The notes: a model not told the origin generated them from the letters alone. Shown: positions 37,580-46,618, counted from the first letter of the stretch. The stretch: DNA of 64,000 nucleotides from an uncultured virus (IMG/VR IMGVR_UViG_3300009110_000302) (IMGVR_UViG_3300009110_000302:1-64000); one strand, 5' to 3'. Numbers and translations: made by a program.

Positions 37580-38137
37580 ATGAGGTTAGATCATATAGCT
37601 TACAGATCTAAAGATCGTAATAAGACCGCAGAATTCTTCGCGGACACCCTTGGTTATACAATAGGCACAGAGTTTCAGGTAAAGTTTGATGACGGAGGGA
37701 AAGCCGACTGTTTAGCCTTAGTTCCGCCAGAGAATAGAACTGAAGAAACTAACCTCTGGAGACTCGAGACCTATCTCTCCATGAACGAAATTGAAACGGA
37801 AAGTCCCGTAGAATATCATGCTCCACCTGAAATTTTTGTTAGTGACGGCCCTGAAGGGAGTATTGTGGGTGATTGGGTTGCCGATCGCGGTGGCGTTGGC
37901 GGTATTCATCACATCGCTTATCAAGTGGAAGATGTGGAAAGAACAATGAAGGAGTGGAAGGGCAAGGGGTATGCTGAATTTTATTCAGAAGAACCTATGA
38001 CTTGTCCCGGCCTTACTCAAGTTTTTACAAAACCATCCGAATTAACAGGAGTTATTTATGAGCTTATATCTAGAGAAGGTAAAGGGTTTTGCGAGCTTAA
38101 TGTTAAAGGACTTATGCAAAGCACTAAAGGAGAGTAA
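37580..38137 (+). CDS. VOC/glyoxalase-fold metalloenzyme resembling the HPPD C-terminal domain
   Basis: LDHIAY, GIHHIAYQV, QVFT, YELISR..GF...NV..LM.ST; His/His/Glu triad. Confidence 0.75.
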   Translation: MRLDHIAYRSKDRNKTAEFFADTLGYTIGTEFQVKFDDGGKADCLALVPPENRTEETNLWRLETYLSMNEIETESPVEYHAPPEIFVSDGPEGSIVGDWVADRGGVGGIHHIAYQVEDVERTMKEWKGKGYAEFYSEEPMTCPGLTQVFTKPSELTGVIYELISREGKGFCELNVKGLMQSTKGE

Positions 38138-38138
38138 C

Positions 38139-39668
38139 ATGAGAGATTTCGAAGGTAGAAATTACATAAACGGAGAGTGGCGAGCTACTTCCGAAATGTA
38201 TACAAAAATTAATCCGTCAACGGGTAAAGCTCAAGGGGCGTTTCCGTCAAGCGGCCCAAGTGAAGTTTCTAAAGCTGTACTGTCTGCGAGAAAAGCTTTT
38301 AAAAAATGGAGAAAGGTTAGCAGGTTTGTTCGTTCTGATTATATGAACAAGGTCGCTCAAATTATTGAAAGAGATAAAGAAAAGTTGGCTAAAATCATAT
38401 CTTTAGAAACGGGTAAAAATTATAATGAAAGCATCGCAGAGGTTAATGAGGCTTTGCATATGGCTCAATTTGCTTTCGGCTCTGGTCGTTATAGCCATGG
38501 AGAGGCAGTATCTTCAGAGATTGAAGATAAAGATGCTTACATGCTTAGGAAGCCTAAAGGTGTAATAGCTATCGTAACTCCTTTCAACTTTCCTCTGGCA
38601 ATAGGTATGTTTTGGAACGCTGCACCAGCATTGGTGGAAGGAAATACAATAGTAATTAAACCAAGTGAAGATGCTCCGATGTCAACTCAAGCGGCTGTTC
38701 AAATTTATGCGGAAGCTGGTATCCCACGTGGAGTCATTAATTTGGTGCATGGTGACGGTACTACTGGCAACCTTTTGGTTCATGATGATGTTGATCATAT
38801 TTGTTTTACTGGTAGTGCCGATGTCGGACAGCATATTCGTAAAGTGGCTGCAGAGTCTTGGCATAAGACTACCTCTTGTGAACTAGGCAGCAAATCTGCT
38901 TGCATCATTTTTGATGACGTTGAATTTAAATTAAGCATGGAGGCTGCGATCGCAAGCGCTTTTAAATTATCAGGGCAACGGTGTGTCTCTTCTGGTAGAA
39001 TGATAGTGCAAAGAACTATCTATAGCGAGTTCGCAAAAAGATTTGCGGAGGAGGCGGCAAAATTAAAGACAGGGAATCCATTCAAGTCCATGCTTGGCAC
39101 CTCAGGCTGCCCAGATGGTATGGTTTGGGAAGAGCTTGTGGCTGACGAAGACGTTTATTATGGTCCGATTATAAATGAGCAAGGGTTTTCTAAAATTAGG
39201 AGCATGAATAAAATGGTTATAGATGACCCAGAAGCCGAAGTCCTTTTAGCTCCAGCTTACACCGGAGACCATAAATCTTATTACTCTACCCCAATGGTAT
39301 ATAAAACCGAGTGGAGAGACGTAAAGTATTTAAAAAATGAGGTGTTTGGTCCTCACGTGGCGATTATCCCTTTTGATACGATGGAAGATGCGATTCGTAT
39401 TTATAACGATACAGATTACGGTCTTGCGGTTGGGATTTTAACTAACGATTTTAGAAAAGCGAGAGTTATGAGGGACGAATGTGACGCAGGTATGATCTAT
39501 TGGAATGGCGGGTCAATCGCAGCGGAATCTCACTTAGCTTTTGGAGGAGTTAAGAAGTCCGGAAACGGATTCCCAAGCGCGGCCAGAACTTTTAGAGCAG
39601 TTACTCATGAAATAAGCTGGACTGTGAACCATGCAGATGCTCTAACTTTTCCTCAGGGGATGAAGTGA
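38139..39668 (+). CDS. NAD-dependent aldehyde dehydrogenase
   Basis: TPFNFP, KPSE, FTGS, ELGSK, SGQRC, EVFGP, FGGVKKSG. Start at 38139 after AAGGAG. Confidence 0.93.
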   Translation: MRDFEGRNYINGEWRATSEMYTKINPSTGKAQGAFPSSGPSEVSKAVLSARKAFKKWRKVSRFVRSDYMNKVAQIIERDKEKLAKIISLETGKNYNESIAEVNEALHMAQFAFGSGRYSHGEAVSSEIEDKDAYMLRKPKGVIAIVTPFNFPLAIGMFWNAAPALVEGNTIVIKPSEDAPMSTQAAVQIYAEAGIPRGVINLVHGDGTTGNLLVHDDVDHICFTGSADVGQHIRKVAAESWHKTTSCELGSKSACIIFDDVEFKLSMEAAIASAFKLSGQRCVSSGRMIVQRTIYSEFAKRFAEEAAKLKTGNPFKSMLGTSGCPDGMVWEELVADEDVYYGPIINEQGFSKIRSMNKMVIDDPEAEVLLAPAYTGDHKSYYSTPMVYKTEWRDVKYLKNEVFGPHVAIIPFDTMEDAIRIYNDTDYGLAVGILTNDFRKARVMRDECDAGMIYWNGGSIAAESHLAFGGVKKSGNGFPSAARTFRAVTHEISWTVNHADALTFPQGMK

Positions 39669-40114
39669 TGAATGGAAAGGGAGATAAACCAAGACCTATG
39701 AATTTCAAAAGGTATCATCAAAATTATGATGCTATTTTTAGTAAAAAAAAAGGAAAGAAAATGGAATTCCATATAGCGACAAAAGGAACGAAAGAGGATC
39801 AAAAACCTGTCGTCCTCGTAGACATTGACGAAACTATTTGTTTTTACTCTGGTAATCGTAGATACGACCTAGCTGAACCGAGTAAAGAAAACATCGGCAA
39901 AATAAACAAGATGTATGACGAAGGGTGGAAAGTTATATATTGGACAGCTAGAGGTTCCGTATCAAAAAAAGATTATTATCAATACACTTGGGATCAGTTG
40001 GAGTCTTGGGGCTGTAAGTTCCATGACTTATCTACAGGTACAGGAGGAACACACCCAAAACCTAATTATGATTTAGTTATTGACGATAAAGCAAAAAGAA
40101 TAGAGGAAATATAA
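39665..40114 (+). CDS. Small HAD phosphatase with an N-terminal GKGDKPRP peptide
   Basis: VDIDETIC, WTARG, KP.YD..IDDKA. Confidence 0.8.
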   Translation: MMNGKGDKPRPMNFKRYHQNYDAIFSKKKGKKMEFHIATKGTKEDQKPVVLVDIDETICFYSGNRRYDLAEPSKENIGKINKMYDEGWKVIYWTARGSVSKKDYYQYTWDQLESWGCKFHDLSTGTGGTHPKPNYDLVIDDKAKRIEEI

Positions 40115-40116
40115 TT

Positions 40117-40221
40117 ATGGCTAACAAAGAAAAGAGAAAAAAAGAAAAAAAGAAACCTGCTAAAAAGACACCAGCGGAAAAAAGAAAAGAGAAGAGAGAA
40201 AAGAAAAGAAGAGGCAAGTAA
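40117..40221 (+). CDS. 34-aa very basic peptide
   Basis: MANKEKRKKEKKKPAKKTPAEKRKEKREKKRRGK fills the gap between its neighbours. Confidence 0.6.
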   Translation: MANKEKRKKEKKKPAKKTPAEKRKEKREKKRRGK

Positions 40222-41316
40222 ATGAGAGCTTATGTTCTAGGAGTCGGCAGGATGGGAACAGCCATTGCTTGGGCGATGGATAAATTAGGTTTTGAAGTGA
40301 CAGGTATGGACACTAACCCTGACGCCGCAAACAATATGACAGGCTCTTTTTTTGTTGTTGATGACGCGGATGATATTTGTAAAGGCATCGTAGCAAACGG
40401 TCCAAGGCCAGACATTGTTATTAGCAGCTTGCCTTACCACCAAACGGAAGTGGTAGGCAAGTGGTGCGTAGATAACGAAGTACGCTATTGCGACTTAGGC
40501 GGCAGAGTAGATGTCTCGAAAAATATTAATGATCACGCCGAGCAGTTTGCGACTCGACCAGTTTTCACAGATTTAGGCTTAGCTCCCGGCTGGGTAAATA
40601 TATTAGCCGAAGAGGGATGCAGGAAATTCCATGGCTCTGCTGAAGAAGTTAAAATGATGGTCGGGGGCTTACCCGACTATTTAGAGAGCTCGAATAATCC
40701 ATTGCGTTACGCACTTACTTGGTCTGTTGATGGATTGATCAATGAATATAGAGACGATTGCCTTATCCTTGAAGACGGAGAAGTAAAAACTGTAAAAGGA
40801 ATGTCTGGGGTAGAACAGATAGAGGGCGAAAAGTTTGGACCCATGGAGGCTTTTTATACAAGTGGTGGCGCGTCACATTCAATTCACGACATGCAACGAA
40901 GAGGAGTTAAGAATTGCTCCTATAAAACCATAAGGTACAGGGGTCATGGAGATATGGTTAGATTTTTGATTAGAGATTGCGATCTAGACGATGGAGCGTT
41001 AACTAAAATTTTCCGAGAAGGTTGCGGTACGGTAGATAAAGACGAGGTGTTTATCGTAGCAGAAGTGAAGGGCGGGGATAAAACTTGGAGACAGGAGAAG
41101 GTGATCAAATCTGACGAACAATTTTCAGCCATGCAAAAAGCTACGGCGTTTTCCATTTCCTCTGTAGCAGCGATTATGGCTCAAGGAAAGCTAGAGGGGA
41201 ACATGGAACAGCGTAGAGACTATTGGACTCAGTACCCAGCGGCCTTATCTTATGATAATGTGCCTTTTAATGAATTTAATAATAACTTAGAAAGATTATT
41301 GACTAGTGCTTTATAA
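40222..41316 (+). CDS. Saccharopine dehydrogenase / lysine 6-dehydrogenase family
   Basis: GVGRMG, YCDLGG, GLAPGW.N, GGLP, WSVDGLINEY, YKTIRY.GH. Confidence 0.88.
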   Translation: MRAYVLGVGRMGTAIAWAMDKLGFEVTGMDTNPDAANNMTGSFFVVDDADDICKGIVANGPRPDIVISSLPYHQTEVVGKWCVDNEVRYCDLGGRVDVSKNINDHAEQFATRPVFTDLGLAPGWVNILAEEGCRKFHGSAEEVKMMVGGLPDYLESSNNPLRYALTWSVDGLINEYRDDCLILEDGEVKTVKGMSGVEQIEGEKFGPMEAFYTSGGASHSIHDMQRRGVKNCSYKTIRYRGHGDMVRFLIRDCDLDDGALTKIFREGCGTVDKDEVFIVAEVKGGDKTWRQEKVIKSDEQFSAMQKATAFSISSVAAIMAQGKLEGNMEQRRDYWTQYPAALSYDNVPFNEFNNNLERLLTSAL

Positions 41317-41327
41317 AAGTATATCTT
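41299..41327 (+). promoter_or_regulatory. sigma70-like promoter for the ECF sigma gene, likely leaderless
   Basis: TTGACT-N17-TATCTT; ATG 6 nt downstream. Confidence 0.6.
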
Positions 41328-41333
41328 TTCCAG

Positions 41334-41945
41334 ATGATTAATTATTGCGATTTCTCAGAAAAAGAACTAATAAGTAAATCTGTAGAAGGTGAGAAAAAAG
41401 CCTTTGAAGAACTCTTGTCTAGAAATAAAGGCAGGGTAGAGGGGTGGATTTTATCATTCACCAAGCAGTCTGAAATTGTTCAGGATATTTTTCAAATAAC
41501 TTCTCTAAAAGCTTGGAGATTCTTAGATAAATTTAGAGGTGATTGCAAATTCAGCACTTGGATGTGCAATATTGCTAGAAATAGTTATTATGATTTTTAT
41601 AGGGCGAAGCAAAGACGTCCAGAGATTTCTTTAGATGCCCTATTAGAGGAACAGAAGAAGAATGGAGGAGCTTTTGAGTTTTATAATTGTGAGACAGAAG
41701 AGCATCCGAGAAATAAAGAACAAGATTCAAATTATTATTTAACTGAAATAAGTAAAAAATTGGAGTTTTTAGACCCAAGACATAGAGACCCATTGATAAT
41801 GTTTGTTGGAGAAGGCTTAGAGTATTCTGAAATTGCGGAGAAGTTGAATTGTCCGGTGGGGACTGTAATGTCTAGAATTTTTTACGCTAGAAAAAAAGCC
41901 CAAAAGATTTTGAGTCCTTTGAGAAATGAGCTTATCACAAAATAG
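41334..41945 (+). CDS. ECF (RpoE-like) RNA polymerase sigma factor
   Basis: Region 2 DIFQ...KAWR...FRGDCKFSTW..IARN; region 4 YSEIAEKLNCPVGTVMSRIFYAR. Confidence 0.92.
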   Translation: MINYCDFSEKELISKSVEGEKKAFEELLSRNKGRVEGWILSFTKQSEIVQDIFQITSLKAWRFLDKFRGDCKFSTWMCNIARNSYYDFYRAKQRRPEISLDALLEEQKKNGGAFEFYNCETEEHPRNKEQDSNYYLTEISKKLEFLDPRHRDPLIMFVGEGLEYSEIAEKLNCPVGTVMSRIFYARKKAQKILSPLRNELITK

Positions 41946-42402
41946 ACTAACTTGGTCAGAATACGCTTTAAACATAGCGGAAGCTGCTTCATTGAGGAGC
42001 GAAGACCCTTACGTGAAGGTTGGAGCTTGTGCTTTAGATCATGACTATAGAGTGTTAGGGGTTGGTTACAATGGGGTAGCCTCTGGTAAAGATACGGGCT
42101 ATGATTTTTGGAGAGATAGAGATTCTCGTAGGCCTTTTATTATCCATGCGGAAGCTAATTGTTTGTCCCTCTTTAAAAGAGGTGAATGTCAAATTTTAGC
42201 TGTTACGCTCTTACCATGCTCTCATTGTGCTACAATGATCGCTGGTTATGGGATAGGTCAAGTGGTTTATAGAGATGAGTACGAAAAAGATGAAGGCGCT
42301 AAAAAAATTTTTGATTTCTATGGGATTCGGTATCGTAAAATAAAAAAAACTGAAAAATTTTCCGAAGACCAAAAAAATCCCAAAGTGGACGATATACTAT
42401 AG
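41926..42402 (+). CDS. dCMP deaminase
   Basis: RS.DP..KVGA, GYNG, HAEAN, PCSHC. Confidence 0.92.
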   Translation: MSLSQNRLTWSEYALNIAEAASLRSEDPYVKVGACALDHDYRVLGVGYNGVASGKDTGYDFWRDRDSRRPFIIHAEANCLSLFKRGECQILAVTLLPCSHCATMIAGYGIGQVVYRDEYEKDEGAKKIFDFYGIRYRKIKKTEKFSEDQKNPKVDDIL

Positions 42403-42414
42403 TGGACGATATAC
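42384..42414 (+). repeat. 14-bp direct repeat AGTGGACGATATAC, two copies
   Basis: Exact copies at 42384-42397 and 42401-42414. Confidence 0.85.
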
Positions 42415-42418
42415 AGAG

Positions 42419-42589
42419 ATGGCTAAAAAACACAGAAAATATTTTAGGACTAAAAAAGGCAAGAAAGCTTTAAGAAAAGCGCGTAAAGCTTATGACGAGA
42501 GAGACCCCGAAAGAAGAAGACGTCAGAAAAGAGAGTACATGAGGAGGAAAAGGCAAAAAGAAAGAGAGCAAAGAGAGGAAATAGAATGA
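42419..42589 (+). CDS. 56-aa Arg/Lys-rich protein
   Basis: MAKKHRKYFRTKKGKKALRKARKAYDERDPERRRRQKREYMRRKR...; stop overlaps the next ATG. Confidence 0.6.
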   Translation: MAKKHRKYFRTKKGKKALRKARKAYDERDPERRRRQKREYMRRKRQKEREQREEIE

Positions 42590-43500
42590 ATGTCCTTTTA
42601 ACATCTGTGGGCTGTATGGGTTATGTGGGCTTAATAAAAGCTTTTCAAAAAGAGGAGTGTAAAGTTTTTGGCGTAGATTGCTCCAGTGATGCTGTCGGTT
42701 TTAGTTTTTGTGATGGCTCCGCAGTAGTCCCTCACGGAGATAACGAAGCTTACACCACTGAATTATTAAAAGTCTGTAAGGATTATAATATAGAATTAAT
42801 TGTGCCTTCTTCTGATAACGAAATATTAAAAGTGGCAGAGGACAGGCCGATGTTTGAAGGCTTGGGCGTGTCGGTATTATTGCCTTCTGACAACTCTTTG
42901 AGGATTTGTAATGATAAGAGTCATTTTTATGAGCACTTATTTGGGTGGGGCATACTCCATCCGGAAGTTCGTAACCCTTTAGACGCAGAATTTCCAGCTA
43001 TACTAAAACCGAAAGTGGGAAAAGGCTCCACGGGTGTTCGTGTTATCACGAAGATGGATCAGTTAAAACCGTGGAGGGAGTGGAATACAAATTGCATTCT
43101 TCAAGATTTTATAAAAGGGGATGAATATACCGTAGATATTCTAGCGAATAAGAGTTCTACAATTTTGTCTATGGTTCAAAGAAAAAGAACTCGCGTAGAA
43201 TCTGGAATTAGCGTGGCGGCGGAAGTGGTAGAGGATGAGCATGGTAGAGCCATTTGTAGCCAGCTAAACGATAGATTACAGATGCGCGGAATGTACTGTG
43301 TTCAATACATCAAGAACTCAAACGGCATATATGTATTAGAGATTAACCCTAGATTTGGCGGGGGGAGCGTTTTATCTTTAAGAGCTGACCCTACAATTAT
43401 TTTAAATTATTTAAACATTGCTCAAGATAAGCCTATAGAGGTCTTATGCGATCCAGCGAAAATAAAAATGAGGCGTTATTATGCGGAAGTCTTCGAATAA
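42586..43500 (+). CDS. ATP-grasp ligase, sugar-modification type
   Basis: ICNDK, ILKPKVGKGS, QDFIKGDEYTVD, EINPRFGGG. Confidence 0.88.
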   Translation: MNVLLTSVGCMGYVGLIKAFQKEECKVFGVDCSSDAVGFSFCDGSAVVPHGDNEAYTTELLKVCKDYNIELIVPSSDNEILKVAEDRPMFEGLGVSVLLPSDNSLRICNDKSHFYEHLFGWGILHPEVRNPLDAEFPAILKPKVGKGSTGVRVITKMDQLKPWREWNTNCILQDFIKGDEYTVDILANKSSTILSMVQRKRTRVESGISVAAEVVEDEHGRAICSQLNDRLQMRGMYCVQYIKNSNGIYVLEINPRFGGGSVLSLRADPTIILNYLNIAQDKPIEVLCDPAKIKMRRYYAEVFE

Positions 43501-44191
43501 AGTACTAGTAATTAGCCCTCATTCTGACGATAGTGAATATGGCTTAGGAGGTACTATTATTCGCCATTTGCAGGAAGGGGATTATGTCCATATAGGGTTA
43601 GTTGTCGCGGATTCTGTAGATTTCGTTCACGTGGACAGCGCTATTGTCCCTAGCGATGTCAGGGTTAGAGAATTTATGGAGGTTATACAAGCTTATTCCA
43701 AATATGGGAATATAAGGTCTAGCATATGGATGACAGACGAGACGAATGATTATGGTTTTGGTTTGGAAAGCAGGCTCGACGCGATACCCATTCGAGACGT
43801 AGTGAATTATGTAGAGAAAGAGATGAAAAGCCTTAAACCTAACGTATTATATTATCCGAGTAAAAGTCACCATCAGGATCATCGCGTGGTTTACGAAGCT
43901 TGCTCGACTGCTTGTAGGCCGACCCAGCCGTTTTTACCAGACGAAATATATCTTTACGAGTTGCCCACCTCTTTTTGGAATAACAATAAAGAGAGATATT
44001 TCGTGCCAAATACTTATGTTTCAATAGATATTGACAAGAAATCAGAAGTGGTGGGGCTTCATAAGTCCCAAATAAGACCTCAAGACAATAAGTTAAGTGC
44101 TGAGTCTATAATAGATCAAGCTAAAGTTAGAGGAGATGAGGTCGGGGAGAGGTATTGTGAGGCTTTTGAGTTAATAAGAAGTAAAAGATGA
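43481..44191 (+). CDS. PIG-L family N-deacetylase
   Basis: SPHSDD..YGLGGT, HQDH, HKSQ, EAF. Confidence 0.9.
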   Translation: MRKSSNKVLVISPHSDDSEYGLGGTIIRHLQEGDYVHIGLVVADSVDFVHVDSAIVPSDVRVREFMEVIQAYSKYGNIRSSIWMTDETNDYGFGLESRLDAIPIRDVVNYVEKEMKSLKPNVLYYPSKSHHQDHRVVYEACSTACRPTQPFLPDEIYLYELPTSFWNNNKERYFVPNTYVSIDIDKKSEVVGLHKSQIRPQDNKLSAESIIDQAKVRGDEVGERYCEAFELIRSKR

Positions 44192-44904
44192 AAATAAATT
44201 ACTTATTTGATATAGACGGAACCTTGACTCCCCCTCGAAGTAAAATGACTAGTGAGTTTTCTTTCTTTTTTTTAAATTGGATGACAGGCAGAAACATTTA
44301 CTTGGTGACGGGTAGCGATAGGGAAAAAATTATACAACAAGTTCCAAACAGTATATTAGTTAGGTGCAAGGGTGTTTTTTCATCTATGGCTAACGAATTC
44401 AGAAGTGAGGATCAGTTGATTTATAGTAATGATTGGAATCCTTCCCCTAAGTTAATTAAAGACTTAACAATGATTCGTGCAAGCTCAAACTATGATCTGA
44501 AAAAAGAGAATTACATAGAGTACAGGAAGGGCATGGTTAATTTTTCGGTAGCCGGTAGAGAATCTACCATAAAACAAAGGCGGAGATATTCGGCTTGGGA
44601 TAAAGAGAATAATGAAAGAGAAGGTATCGTAAAAACCTTAAGAGCTAAATATAAAAGGCTTGAATTTTGTCTAGGCGGAGAAATAAGCATAGATATACAG
44701 CCGAAAGGCAAGAATAAGTCTCAAGCGAGCAAATGGATTCGTAAATATGAAGGTGGAAAAATAGTATTTTTTGGAGATAAATGCATGGAAGGCGGGAATG
44801 ATTATGATATTGTTGAAGATATCAAAAAAAACAAGAAGGACAAGTATTTTCAGGTTGACAATTTTTTAACTACCCGTAAACTATTAGAAGCGGATGAAGA
44901 ATAA
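44188..44904 (+). CDS. HAD-IIB phosphomannomutase, eukaryotic PMM-like
   Basis: FDIDGTLTPPR, VTGSD, IE.R.GMVNFS..GR, GGEISIDI, FFGD..GGND. Confidence 0.85.
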   Translation: MKINYLFDIDGTLTPPRSKMTSEFSFFFLNWMTGRNIYLVTGSDREKIIQQVPNSILVRCKGVFSSMANEFRSEDQLIYSNDWNPSPKLIKDLTMIRASSNYDLKKENYIEYRKGMVNFSVAGRESTIKQRRRYSAWDKENNEREGIVKTLRAKYKRLEFCLGGEISIDIQPKGKNKSQASKWIRKYEGGKIVFFGDKCMEGGNDYDIVEDIKKNKKDKYFQVDNFLTTRKLLEADEE

Positions 44905-45100
44905 GCAACAAGCTTTAGCTCTGTTGGAAGATTTAATAGAGGCTTCTTCTAATATAGATGAATTACATAAGAAAAAATCTATACAGGAAGGCAAAGCGGT
45001 AAGAGCGGTGGGCGAGAGTTGGCTGTTGTTCCATTTAAGAGTGTTGCGCGACTTAATTAACGAGGAAGAAGCTCATGGACAAAAAGAAACTAAAAACTAA
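44894..45100 (+). CDS. Hypothetical protein
   Basis: Overlapping co-directional ORF. Confidence 0.55.
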   Translation: MKNKQQALALLEDLIEASSNIDELHKKKSIQEGKAVRAVGESWLLFHLRVLRDLINEEEAHGQKETKN

Positions 45101-45617
45101 AGACGGTAGCGAATTCACTGTTTTTTATTTAAAAACAGAGCCCAAATGGGGAAAAGATAAATTCGGACACAATGCCGATGAGAACAAATACTATTTAACG
45201 CCCGAAGAGGCGGAACCTATAGTGCAAGATAATTACGCTTCTTGGGAAATAAAAGAGGCAGGGCTGTGGGACATTTACGGTCACCTTTATAAAGACCAAG
45301 AAAAGTCTTTAGAGGGTGACTTTTTTGACTTTCCTTTCCCCTCTTTTGGTTTACCTTTCTCCAAGAAAGAAGAAGTCGTGATAGACGATAGAATAGAGTC
45401 GGATGCAGTTTTAACCCCTTTAAAGGGCTGTGTATATAGATATTCACAAGATATGCGTCTTTATAGGTACGTCTCAGAAAAAATGGTAGATCAGGAGCCC
45501 CTTTGGGAGCTTGCAGATAACAAGAAGAATATTTACCTTGTGCCAGCGGAAGATTGCTATCTTTATGCCGTTAACCAAAACGAGCTAGATGAATTTTTGA
45601 GAAAGGAGACTGGCTGA
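45075..45617 (+). CDS. Hypothetical protein
   Basis: ORF from the track. Confidence 0.55.
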   Translation: MDKKKLKTKDGSEFTVFYLKTEPKWGKDKFGHNADENKYYLTPEEAEPIVQDNYASWEIKEAGLWDIYGHLYKDQEKSLEGDFFDFPFPSFGLPFSKKEEVVIDDRIESDAVLTPLKGCVYRYSQDMRLYRYVSEKMVDQEPLWELADNKKNIYLVPAEDCYLYAVNQNELDEFLRKETG

Positions 45618-45618
45618 C

Positions 45619-46269
45619 ATGGCTTTTTTAGATGTTAATAACCTACTCTCTACGCCCAAGTGGCGACATATTAGCGGTCAAGGAATGTGTCACAGACCTC
45701 ACAAAAGGCTTATTTTGCAAAGTTTAGTTTCCGTTTTAGAGTCTCATGTAGAAGGGGATATAGTCGAGTTAGGTTGTCACGAGGGCGGACTAAGCAAATA
45801 TCTCAAACTCGTATTAGATTTATACGACGTGTACCCGCATCGTAAGAAGCTTTATCTTTATGATAGCTTTGAAGGACTCCCAACCAGTCGCCGTGCTCAC
45901 GAAGCGGGATGGGAGGGGATGGAGACAACAGTAGAGGAAGTCCTCCTATCTTTTGAAATTAATAATATCTCCCCCCCATATAAAATACATAAAGGTTGGT
46001 TCAAAGAACTTAAACCGGAGGACTTGCCCGAAAAAATCGCTTTCGCTTTTTATGATGGTGATTTATATGAGAGTATTTACGATAGCTTTGAAAAGACTTA
46101 CCACTTGGTTTCCGAAGGGGGTACGATAGTAATTCACGATTACGGAGACCCTAGGTTTAAAGGGGTCGAAGAGGCTTGTCTCGATTTTTTAGGGGACAAA
46201 GCCCAAGATATTGTAATGTCCGATGAGTCAGCCGAATGCCGGTTCGTAGGAGTTTTACAAAAAAAATAA
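45619..46269 (+). CDS. TylF/MycF-family sugar O-methyltransferase
   Basis: GDIVELGC..G, YDSFEGLP, KGWF, DGDLYES, GG.IVIHDY. Confidence 0.88.
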   Translation: MAFLDVNNLLSTPKWRHISGQGMCHRPHKRLILQSLVSVLESHVEGDIVELGCHEGGLSKYLKLVLDLYDVYPHRKKLYLYDSFEGLPTSRRAHEAGWEGMETTVEEVLLSFEINNISPPYKIHKGWFKELKPEDLPEKIAFAFYDGDLYESIYDSFEKTYHLVSEGGTIVIHDYGDPRFKGVEEACLDFLGDKAQDIVMSDESAECRFVGVLQKK

Positions 46270-46273
46270 TATA

Positions 46274-46390
46274 ATGAAAAATAAAAAATACAACATTGAT
46301 CATAAGAATAATAAATTCGATGATAATCGCTTATCGAACCTTAAACTTATTAAGATTGAACCAAATAAACCAAAGAAGCCTTTAAAATGA
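46274..46390 (+). pseudogene. 38-aa remnant of an HNH endonuclease
   Basis: IDHKNNKFDDNRLSNL matches the HNH core seen at 63187 (VDHLNGNKRDWRLENL). Confidence 0.5.
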
Positions 46391-46617
46391 AAAAATCCTT
46401 ATATAAAGCCTTAGAATCCAGATACAAAGCCGAACTGCATGAAGCAGAAGCCACCCTTGAGGTATATTTCAACAATGCCGTTGGAATTGGCGAACATCCT
46501 CAAATGGTAGAAGAAATGGCAAAACAGTTAGAGAAAATGTCCAACGCGGAAGACTGTTTACTGACCTTGGAAGAAAACTTCAAAGAGGAGGAAGAGTACA
46601 GGTGTAAGCCTTTATGA
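46387..46617 (+). CDS. Small phage protein (N.VGIGEHP motif)
   Basis: Motif recalled from marine T4-like phage hypotheticals (not searched). Confidence 0.7.
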   Translation: MKKSLYKALESRYKAELHEAEATLEVYFNNAVGIGEHPQMVEEMAKQLEKMSNAEDCLLTLEENFKEEEEYRCKPL

Positions 46618-46618
46618 A

